Shown here: piece after piece, positions 52,524 to 64,000 of the stretch | Position numbering within the stretch: position 1 is the stretch's first letter | How the letters are laid out: every line of letters starts with the position of its first letter | Origin: Trichoplax adhaerens | Lineage: Eukaryota; Animalia; Placozoa | Reading direction: 5' to 3' | DNA: 64,000 nucleotides | Assembly: GCF_000150275.1 (NCBI RefSeq) | Contig: NW_002060973.1 | Location: forward strand, 248,001-312,000 | Translations under genes and position numbers: made by a program | Notes under the pieces: model-generated | Told to the model about the DNA's origin: nothing | The model's database searches: none | Seen by the model: the letters and a program-made list of their open reading frames with translations, nothing else

Positions 52524-55500
52524 TCAATTATTACTATCTAAATCATCTTTATCATCATCATCGCCATCAGCTGCTAACTGGCCACGACGTCGACCTCCTC
52601 TCTCTCGCCTAAATTTCATAAATATGTACATCAGACGATATAATATACCCAAAACGCAGCAAAAAGAATGCGATAAAATAGTTTACTAACCTCATACGAG
52701 TTTTCAAAGCATTAATTTCTCTCGTTAGCGCTTCACTCACTTCCATTTGCTCATCTAAATCGCGCTGCATTTTACGCTTCAGAGCTGTTTGTCGACTGGT
52801 CTCCTCCTCCTACAGCAAAATAATTTCACCATCAAATCTAGTAACCTCAATACCATCATTAAAGTTAAAGTTATTGTCGTCATTCTACCTACCGCTTCAT
52901 CCAATTGTCTCTTCATATTTCTTAAGCGTGATGACGCCTTGTCAGCCTAGTTTACGTCAAATCGATTACTATAATGCCCTATTGCATACTACAGTCATAA
53001 CACCTATTCACCTGCTCTTTGTATTCATCAGCATGCCTCCTTTCCTCTTCCACTTGAATCGTTAATTCTTTCAATCGCTTCTCAGCACGGCGATTATTCT
53101 TTTGCAATGACGTTCTCTCTCTAAAGTAACGAGTAGTCATCATGCCGTTAGAAATGATTATCTGACTATAGGGATGGTAGCCATGATAACCTTACCTCGC
53201 TTCCGATTCGAGCTGTTCTTCTAAATTATTAATTCTACTCTCCCATGTTTGTGTTAACGCTTTACTCTTTGCCCTGCTACTTGTTTCCAACTCTGAAACT
53301 TTAGCTTGTAGATCTTTATTCTAAAATAGTTCAACAATCGTATCAGATTTAAGTTTACATCATCTACCGGTACTATTGCATATTTTAAGTCAGATATTTC
53401 CTAACTTGGCGTTCTAGTTGTGTCTTGCCAGCTTCTAATTTCTGAGATACAGACTTTTCTACTGCTAGATCAGAATTGAGTTGCTCCATCTAAAAGAAAC
53501 CCTTCAGCATTAATAAATGAACACCAAAACAAAAGTTAATTTGGCTAAGATTTTCCCTTATACCTGCATTTGCATTTTCCTATATTTATCTTGCTGTGAA
53601 GAGTTTTCAGTCTGCTCATCCTCTAGTTCGTCTTCTAATTCACTAATACGACTTTCTAGTCGTTTCTTTTCATCAGTCCAACTTTGCCTACATGGAGGAG
53701 CGTTAAAAGTAGATTAGGTAAGTAATAGAGAAATCATCTATTCATACTCTAGATTTAGATCAACGTACCTCAAGGATGAGGCACTAGCTGAATCTTCGAT
53801 TAGTTCATCTCTTTCGGCTTCTGCATTTCGTCGTGCTCTCTCAGAGTTAGCAAGTTCCTGTGAGCATAAATGTAATACACCTTGAATAATTCAATAATGC
53901 ATATTACATACATGATGCAAACTTACTTCTTGCGCTTGTCGTAAGTCACCCTCAGCTGTTCGAAATTTTCTATCCAAATCTCGAGACTGATCATATAATT
54001 CCTCTCTGGATACTCTTAATTCATCCAACTCATTTTGCATCTCCTTCACCTGACCCTATAACATAATAAAGTCGTTAGAAATTCGCTACTGACGAACGAA
54101 AACAATTACAGTACTGCCATGGTATTTATATATTACCTGAAGCTTCTTGTTTTGGCGTACATCATCATCTCTAGACTTGTTTGCCAATTCTACTTGTGAT
54201 TCCAATTCCTTTACATCCATTTCCAACTTCTTCTTAGCGCTAACCGCCTGCGAGCGTTGACTACGTTCGTCTTCTACTTCAGTTTCTAATTCCCTGACCT
54301 AATATATCACACCATGACCATAAATATTGATCATTATCAGATCAAATAGTACAACATTCTTCAATACCTGTTTTAAAAGTGATCGACGAGCTTCTTCAAT
54401 TTGTTCATCCCTTTGTGAGACCTCTCTATCTAGGTTTGATTTGGCCGCTTGTAAATTAACCTGTATAATTGATAACAGTTTAGCTCATTAAGTACATTTC
54501 TTACACAAGAACATGACTGCTTCAAGAAAATCACTTCAATACCTCTAAGCGTAACTTTCCGTCCTCTGCCAGTTGTAATTCATCTTCAAGCTCTTCTAAT
54601 TGAGCTTTTAAATCTTCTACATGAGCCGCTAAAGTTTGCTTGGCTTTTTCTAATTCGTGTACCTGTAATGTTATTCAAGTTACGAAAATTACGCTACAAA
54701 GTTTCACTCCATAAATATCATTTTATGGTATAGACTTACATTTTTTCCAGCGTCATCTTTGGATTCCATGAGATCATTGATTTCAGCCTAACCAAAACGA
54801 AAAACAACATGACTATGACTATAATCGTAACAAATTAACTTTTTTTGCAATTGATTACTCACTTGTTGTTGACGTCTAATTCTTTCGCTATCTTCATGCT
54901 GATCTCTTAATTCTTCCAACTCACGTTTAAGTGAAATAATTGTAGTTTCGTTACTTCGAACAGTTTTTTCCGCTGTATCTCTATCGTTAGCAATCATTTC
55001 AGATTTACTTCTCTCTTCGGCTAATTGCTATTAAGTATCATTGGCAAGATTAGTAAGAGGCTTATTGTAAAGTTATAAATAACTCGTAGGTTTACCTGAT
55101 CAAACTTTCGCTGTCTCTTTTCAAGATTAGAAATGGTCGATTTGCCTTTTTCTAAATCGACATTCAAATCATCCACCTAACAAAAGACGTCCAGATTAAA
55201 GAAAGGATTATCTTAATAAACGACAAATTCTGCGATATACAGCATCATTAATACCAACCTCGCACTGTAACCTGGTTTTTGCCTTTTCTAACTTTGTATT
55301 TGTATTTTTGAGATCATCCAGTGTATTCTGGCATAAATCTAGATCTTTAGCTAATTTTCTTTTAGCATTCTCTGCGTCTTCTAATGCAATTTCACTTTGT
55401 TGCAGACTCTTACGTGCATCTGCGAGCTATAACATTGTAAGAAAAATGATTACATAAGCTGAAATTCGGATTTGACAAACAAAAAATTAGTATTTGCTGA

Positions 55501-58500
55501 CAACGCACGCAGTTGAAATACATACTTGTGTAGATTGAGTATTAATTTGACGAGCTAAGTTCTCTTTGTCACTTTCAAGCTCTTCAATCAACTCGCTATG
55601 ATGAGATAATTTGTTTTCCAATTCTCTGTGTTGCATGCTAATATTTTGCTTTTGCTTTGTTTCATCTTCATACAATTCCTACATATATAAAGTCTATTAA
55701 TAAAAATATCCACGCAAACATGCTACTAACTGATCAATATCACTTACTTGTAGCTCAGCAATTTGTAACTCTAGTGACTTGGATGTTCGTTCCAATGAGC
55801 TAATCTGAGTCTCTGCTTGGACTAATTGAGCGACTGTAGTATCTAATTGAGACTGTAAGAAGAAACGGAATTATTTCCACCAGAAAGATATGCAATAGAG
55901 GTAAAACCATATTCTAATAAATTGATGTCGATATTAACCTGCAATTTAGAATTGGTCTGCTCTAAATCTTCAGTTTTTCTTTGTAGTGTTGTATTACGTC
56001 CATTTAAATCTGAAACTTGAGATTCCAGCGCTTTCTTTTTTTTTTCTAATTCTGTTTTAGAAGCGTGTAGATCACTGCATTCTGCTTTTACATCAGCTAA
56101 ACTAGAATCGGCTTGTAATTTATATTTTTCCAGTGACGCTTTCGCCTGTGTAAGCATACCAAAATAATGTATGCATATAAGCAACACTATCTTAACAATC
56201 CAAACTGATATTATTGTGCTCACCTTCTTTAATGTTTCAATCTGATTATTCATTTCTTCAATAGTTTCATTATGCTTTTTCTTGGAAAGAGAAACTGCTT
56301 CAGCATGAGCAATAGTGTCTTCTTCCAGTACTTTTTTCAAATGTTTCAATTCTTCTTCGCGCTTATTGCGTAGATCTTGCTGTGCAGCAGTGGTATCAAG
56401 TGAATCTAATAATTCATTCTTTAAACTTTCCAATTCCTAATAAAATGAAGAAGTTATTATAAAAAAAAGCCACTTTTTAACTTATGAACATTTCCTGATG
56501 CATTTTACTTGCAAGTATTTTTGTTGCCATTGCTAACCTCATTTAACTGCCGTTTCTGTTTATCGATCTTGCTTCTAGTATCTCTTTCTGCATCTAAATC
56601 TTCCGTTATTTCCTGTAACTGTGATTCCAAGTCACGGCACTTTTTCTCCGCTTTATTTCTAGCGTTTACTTCTTGATCAATTCTATCAGATTATTGTTTA
56701 AAAGAAATGGTCATTCCATCGATTGTGTTATCTACTTTTACGCAATATGACAGACGTACTTGGCATTTGCTTGATTTAAATCATTTGAATGTCTTTCAAG
56801 TGTATTTTGCAATTCAGTGACCTATTATGAAGACATAACCTAATTTTAATTCATTGTGAAAATCCGATCGTATTCGAAAGTTGTTACCTGAGCTGTCGCA
56901 TCACTTAATTGATCATTCGTATCTCTGAGATCAGCTTCAAGTTTTCTCTTAATCTTCTCCAAATCTGTGCGCAGCTATAGAAGGAACAACGAGTAAGAGA
57001 TTTGATTCTTACAAATTTGCTAACAATTTAGTGATCCTACTTCTTGTTCCTTGCGTAATGTATCTTCAGTTTCCTGAAGCTGTGAATCTACTTTCGCTTT
57101 TTGACGGTTAAGATGCTTGTGTTTATCCTCCAGCGTTCCAAATGAACTTGTTAACTCTGCAACCTTATCTTCAAGGAACTTTTTATCTTTGCTTAGCTAC
57201 AATTGAACAATTTGCATTTTATTAAACACATATTAATACGAGTATATCACCTCAATGATCGAAACCTTAGAGTTAGTGTCAGCTTCTTTCATTAAATCGT
57301 TTTCAAAAGCAACAATCTTAGAATCAAGGGAAGCCTTTTCCATTTGTAATTTTTGACGTTGCGCTTCCTCCTCTTCTAAGCTATCAACGGATTTACGTGA
57401 TAAGCATTAGTCGAATAGAGTTGAAATGCTAATGTCTACCTTAAACACTTATAATACCTAGTCTCCAAATCTGAAATGGATTGTAATAACTTTTTTTTCT
57501 CCTTTGTCAAGACGTTAACGTTTTCTTCTTCCTCAGCAGCTTTCACCTCAGCATCATGCAACAGTTCTTCTAATTCGTTTTTCTTTATTGATAATCTAAT
57601 TCGCATCTAGAGGCGTTAGATTAAATTTAATACACGTCAGTATACTGTTGACTTAAAGGATGCGTTTTGCTTCTCGGTCTTACTTCTTCAGCTTCTGCAC
57701 ACAGTTCAGTTTCTGTTTGTAGCTGCTCAGCCAGAATGGATTTTTCTTCCAATACCTACATATCATTTTGTACCATGATAAACAAATCCTATTTCAATCA
57801 ATTTCTTTTACATGTTTTTATGTCTAACCTTGTTGTAATCGATTTCAAGAATTTGGAGATCGTGTTGGGCTTTTTCAGATTTTTCTCTCACACGTTTAAG
57901 CTCATCTTCAACTTGTCTCTTTTCGTCATCTTGACGGGTAACATTTAATAACGGTCTTACCTGGAAATAATCAAGATATTGCTGTGAGTAATTTACTGCT
58001 GTAGAACGTTATTTCTATAATTAGCTATGCAATTTTTACCTTGGTATACAATCGCCACCACTGCCAATCGCGGAGTTTCAGATATGCTTGAACATTTCTC
58101 TGAATGACCCTAATAGCGTTTGTCTGCTGTACTCTCCTAAGGTACATTCTAAAGTACAAATAAGTAATCATCAATTCAATGAATATTCAATATAACGAAT
58201 AAAGGTTTTAACTATCTATGAATAATAGTCTTACTTTCTAGCCAAGTTACCACGGCAATATGCTTGAAATCCCGTTATAATAGAAGATAATTTCAAATCA
58301 CGCTCTTCCTCTAGGCGAGCAAGCGTACCCGCACGAAAGAATAGCTTAGACAGACCGATACGGTAGGAATTGCTTTCTAACTCCAGGACTTCAGTCTATG
58401 ATAAAAAATAAATGACACGACAATCGATATTTTTAAGTACAGTAGTGAGTGGTTTAATGACAATAACGTATTTTGCAATACTACATCATACCATTTTCTG

Positions 58501-61500
58501 AACGGCCTTGCGAGCATCCATGAAACCTTTTGGGATAGCTCCAGGGGTTAAGATTTCGTATCTAAGGGAATAAAAAGGTCGAAATTTGATTTAGATAAAG
58601 GTATACTTGCAATACACATCTATCTAATTTGTATTTTAACCTTTGTTTAAATTCTTGGAAAGCAATTCTATTGGGGAAACCTTGTCGGCAAATTCTTATG
58701 CCCTCTAATACACCATTACAACGTAATTGTTCAAGAACGAGATTGGCTTCAATTTTACCCGGCTATTTCAAAAGGCGACATGAAACGAATCGTATCTCAA
58801 ATAAGTCTCCATGTACAACACTCTCTAGCATAGTTACATACTACATCAGATTGGAGATTGGTGAGTTACCTTTTTATCATGATTAGGAATAATGCATCTA
58901 ACAAAGTTTGGACTGGTATTGTTTAGCACCGTCATAAGTCTTGCTAGTTGCTCCTTGTATAATTGTCCAACAGTTCTAAACATTCCTTTTCGTGTTCTAG
59001 AGCTTCCGAAGGTGGTATCAGTATTGGTTGCATTCATGCCGACAACATTACCTATTGTAATCATACCACAGACGATGAGATTTTTAAGACATACATTTAC
59101 TCTTTACGTATATACTAATACTTACTAGAATCTTTCCATAATCCAGCAACGAATCCATCACTGGATTGTTGTAATAATGTAATAACGTTATCATTTAGGG
59201 GGTCCATATTCTTCATGAGCCATTGATTGGTGCAATAACTAACCTAAACAAAGAAAGTTTATACCATTTTACTTCATATAGTATCTTTATGAATGAGTTA
59301 ATAACGTAGAGCATTGACTTTAATAGTTGACGTTACCTTTCCAGCGTAATGAATTAGGCAGAAATCGGCATTTTCTCTAAAGTCGGGCTTGTGATATTTA
59401 GGATGATTTTTATGTTGTTTCTCCACTTTGTCAGAAAATGTCTTATCGGTAGCTTTAGGAAACCAACACTCCTCATCTAATAAGGCCAAAATACCTAAAG
59501 GCTGTACGTTATTTCCAATAATTGTGAGTTATTATTGCAGATATCGATAATTGTACAGTTGTACAGTATTATTAAACGATACTTATTTACCTTTTCGATG
59601 AGGTCAATCGTTGGTTGTAGATCCAGTCCAAAGTCAATAAATTTCCAGTCAATATTTTCTTTACGATATTCTTCCTATAAAAAGATGAATATTTTTATTA
59701 GCTTACATTTACGACACACTATCTTTATGACAACAATCTAACCTGTTCCAGGATAAACATTGTATGGTTAAACAATTGTTGTAATTTTTCATTTGTGAAG
59801 TTGATGCAAAGTTGCTCAAAGGAATTAAGCTGTAAAAGAATGAATAAAAACAATATTACAGAAAGAATTCAACTACTTCAATTTTCAATCATTGACTGTC
59901 TGACCTTGAAAATTTCGAAACCAGCAATATCTAGTATTCCGATGAAGGAGGCCCCTTGCCTTTTTGTACGATCTAAAGTTCGATTTACCCTTGACACCAA
60001 CCATTTAAAAAGGCGCTTGTATAGGGCTTTGGATAAAGCTTGAACAGCAAAGGAAGCCTACGAATGCATGAACTCAAAGATTGATATTATGTTGTTAATT
60101 AATACAGAGTAAGAAATGAAGTTACCTGATCTTTATTTTGCGCTTTAACAACATAGTCTCGTCCAACTTTAACTCTGGGCTTTAACAATGCACGAGTAAA
60201 GTCCGTTACGGATACACCAAGTAAGAAGCAAACCTTTTGTGCGACTGTTTAAGAATGCAAAGGATATCCTGTTATAACGCAACTCAGTAGGTAAATTGCC
60301 AATTAGTATGGGATACCTACCAGTGTTGTCGGGAAGAGTGGCTTGGTCAGAACTTTTATCTTCATCAAATTTCAAATTGCCCATATGGAGGAGCGATGAT
60401 AGGATCTTTAGGCTAGCTATATCAATGGGGGGAAAAAAAAGGCACAGTCCATCATTACAACTCTAGTCTATGGCTGATAAAGCAAGAACGTAAGTTTTCG
60501 TACAATTAGTGTCTTCATTTGAAATTCCCATAACGGCTATTGCGTTCTGTAAAGAGTCATCATTTTAATAACAAGATTAAAATTCGAGGTATTATAATAG
60601 CGATTCAAGTATAAATCCACCAGCTCACCAGAGTGTTTTGAAACTCTTCAGCATCGTCAACTCCAGGAACAACCACTAATTGATTGCTCATATAGTTGTA
60701 CTTGTCGATTTTTTCCAATAAAAGATCATCTATAAATATCGATCAAACTACTTTAATCAATGATTTGTAGGCCACAGACGAAATGAATGATGTATCATTA
60801 ACCTTTCATCTCAGGTGTAGCTCCTAGCAGCATTTGATAAAATATATGAAAGTTTCTTTCATCCGGTGCTTGTCGAATGGCTCGAGATTTCTCCAATAAA
60901 TCTAATGCAAGTTTTAGTACAATAGTTATAATCTATGCAACTCGAAATTAACATCATTACGCCTAACAGAAGCGATTTGACGTACAAGTTTCAATATTAG
61001 CTCCAACAATAAAGCCAGCAGCATCGAAATTGATCCGAATAAATTTTCCCTATTACATATGTACAAAGACAGATTAGATCAATCAGTAAAAGTCATTATC
61101 TATCGCTTAATAACACACTATCCAAGTAGGGATAAACTGGTTTTATTTTTGAGCTACTTACAAATCGTGACGAATTGTCATTCCTGATGGTCTTTGCATT
61201 ACCAAATGCTTCCAAGATCGGATTGGCTTCAAGTAATTGAGCTTCCAATTCTCCCTGTTTAATAGGATTATTAATATATGAATTATTCTATTTGTATAAG
61301 AAATGGACTACGCTACACCATCATTGCCATCTTTCATTTCTTTGCTAGGAGGATGGTCTACTGTACTAGCATGATTAACATTAGGAAAGTATGCTATTGC
61401 ATTGATGATACACTATTCCGTCCATTACCTGAACAGGCCCAGCAGAAAAGCTTGAAATGGACATTCGCTTTCCGCCTGTTGAACTACTTTTATTAACACC

Positions 61501-62345
61501 TTTTATATTGTCGTTTAAAAATAGTAAGTTAAGTTAGTTCTTGCACAACACATTAACTACACCGGTATTGCACATCATAATATACGAGTGCAGTCAAAAG
61601 GATTGTTATTTCAGAACCTAACCTTTTGCAGCACCAGCGACTGCAGCTAAATATTGAATGACTTTCTTGGTATTTTCAGTTTTTCCAGCACCAGATTCAC
61701 CCCTAGGAAATGGAAGTAAAGATGACGTTTATATAAGATTAGATGAGATTGAGAGTTGGTTGATGATCTCCATTTCTGAAATCAATCTATTTGATGTTCC
61801 TTACGTGCATAGGATGGATTGATCTTCGCGTTCTGATGTTGATTACAAAATGAAAAGAAAGCCGACATTAATAAATGAAAGTACGCGTCATGATGCAAGG
61901 ATAGACTTAAGTTTTAACTCTACATGAACGACAATGTCCTACAACAGTCAAGGCAATGACTATACTGTCTATAGCGACTACTATTAAGGCATATGCCATC
62001 GATAGCCATCAAGGATGACAAGTGAACACAGTTTACAGACAGTAAGTTCTGCCAACAGCGTCGATATCATGATCATCAAGGATGACTAATATTGACATCG
62101 ATCGCTTGCTTGTCTATTACCGATGGCTATTGGTAGCAGTGGTCATCTTGCATTTCAATCGCCTAGAAAACCTTAATTTACACTTACCCAAAAGCATACA
62201 CCTATAAGCTTGATCGGTAATGGCATAAATATGTGGCGGCACTTCATGTCGTTTTTTACTTTTATACAATTCGACGACTTCATCGGTATAAATGGGATAG
62301 CGTTTATACGGATTGACCACAACACAAAATAAACCGGAATATGTC
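52524..62345 (-). CDS. Myosin II heavy chain, non-muscle/smooth type (5' exons lie beyond the window)
   Basis: [92 protein letters not shown] and a long coiled-coil rod split by many 60-100 bp introns. Ends [10 protein letters not shown] at 52526-52524. Confidence 0.95.
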
Positions 62346-62849
62346 TAATGATAGCAAGGTAAAAAGACAATACACAAATTAGCATGGTATTGGAGAAGAG
62401 CAATCCAACAGCAATCAATAAGCAATCATAGAGAAAGTTATTTTCCTTGCGTGAACAAAAAGAATCAACACATTCTAAAGTGGAATAATACAAGCTATTA
62501 TAGAGAAGAAAGAAGCAGGAAAATAGACCGCTGTTAGCGACTGTTTTTAATCCTGCACAGTCAAGGTCTGTGAAATGGCCATGTCTCACTCTGAAATCCG
62601 ATTCCCCCAATTTTCTTCTTAGGAGAAAGGGAGACGTTAACAAGTAATCAATACTGTTTGGCTTCAACGACTCAAAAGGATTATCAGGATCGTATTGGCG
62701 AGGGTTTCTTACGAGCTAATGGTGATCATCCTCGACATCTCTTGACTTGATTTTCCTTTCTTCCCATCAAGACAGAAGAAAACGATCCTTTGCATTGCTT
62801 ACAACTATACTTTCTAGCTGTCATCTCGGCAAAGCGATCAGATCGCTTA

Positions 62850-64000
62850 AACGACTAAAATGATCACAACCATCTCTGGACTTGTTGTGTTACTAATGAA
62901 ACGTATGTTTTCTCATACAACAATTGAATTATTTTGTGTATCTGTTGATGTACTAGTACTAGGATAACATTGCTGATGTCGATGGCAAATGAGGATATTA
63001 CCAAATCATTGTTAACGTATGTTTAATCATACAACAATTCAATTACTTGGTGTCGATTTGAAAAGTATCAATCATTCTTAACGCATGTTATATCCTACTG
63101 CAATTAGATTACTTTGTATCAGTTTGATGAGTATTAGGATAAATATGCTGATGTCGATGGTCCATCGAGAAGGTGGACTAAAATGATTTTAAACGCATAT
63201 TTTATCCTATCTCAATTCAGTTACTTTTACATTTTGACGAGTAGTCGGATAGCCTTAGTGACGGCGATGGTCAATCAAGAGAGCGCCAATTCATTCTTAA
63301 CGCATATTTTATCGTATAATAATTGAATTACTTTGGATGAGTTTGATGAGCATTAGGATAATATTTGCTGACGTCGATGGTCAAATTAAGAGATCGCCAA
63401 ATCATATTGAACGCATGTTTTATCCTCCAACAATTGAATTACTTTGTTTCGGCTTGATGAGTATTAGGATAACATTGACTGATGTCGATGGTCAATCAAG
63501 AGGGCGCTAAATCATGTTCAACGTCTATTTTATCCTACAGCAATTCAATCGCTTTAACAATGATTTGTATCCATTTGACGAGTAGAACGACAACATGCTT
63601 TGCCGATATCGATGATTAATAGGAGATGAGACAACAATTCAATTAGTTTGTACTTTGGGTACTAGAAATAACATCGCTAACGTCGATGGCCCATGAGGAT
63701 TTTGCCAAATTATTTTGAAGCATTTGATCATACCGCATTTCAATAACTTTGTAGCTACTAGATGAGCAGGATGATAACATGCTTTGCTGATATCGATGGT
63801 CAAGAAGAGATGATACAACCAACAATCCAATGACTTTGTATCGACTGGATGAGTCTAGGATAACACTACTAATGTCGATGACCAATGAGGATATTGCCTA
63901 CCAAATCATTTTGAAGCCATACACTATTTGATCCTATCCCATTTAACAATTTTGTAACTGGTGGATGATCAATAAAGAGATTGCGAAATCCTATTCAACG
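62850..64000. repeat. Degenerate about 110 bp tandem array in a myosin intron
   Basis: taggataacattgctgatgtcgatgg-like core at about 62960, 63135, 63250, 63355, 63465, 63670 and 63857. Confidence 0.88.

Noticed and set aside
61315-61366. Possible second loop-1 exon in myosin
   Set aside because: Every acceptor I tried gives an in-frame stop.
57667-61496. Plus-strand ORFs within the myosin gene
   Set aside because: Antisense shadows of myosin exons.

Overview
AT-rich (roughly one-third GC) animal genomic DNA with very short spliceosomal introns. Gene content and intron style suggest a basal metazoan, most likely a placozoan (Trichoplax-like); this is inference. Spliced genes reconstructed by hand: an L1CAM/neuroglian-type 6Ig-5FN3 adhesion receptor (-), ZNF830 with a U12-type first intron (+), an ADAM/reprolysin-like metalloprotease with a disrupted 5' end (-), RSAD1/HemW (-), a small secreted acidic precursor (+), a SUMO1-like gene absent from the ORF track that ends in -IPG instead of -TGG (+), a DUF4807 gene (+), SNU13 (-), and most of a non-muscle myosin II heavy chain (-). 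Between them are decayed genes (a GPCR, a possible death-domain exon, about 6.5 kb of cadherin repeats, a second ADAM, a partial RSAD1 copy) and many local tandem repeats. The two most interesting signals are the SUMO variant lacking di-glycine and a structured GC-rich 310-340 nt segment upstream of SNU13. That segment has a perfect 9-nt telomere-template motif and an H/ACA-like layout, so it is a candidate telomerase RNA; an RNase P/MRP-like RNA or a structured leader are the alternatives. No computation or database search was run.
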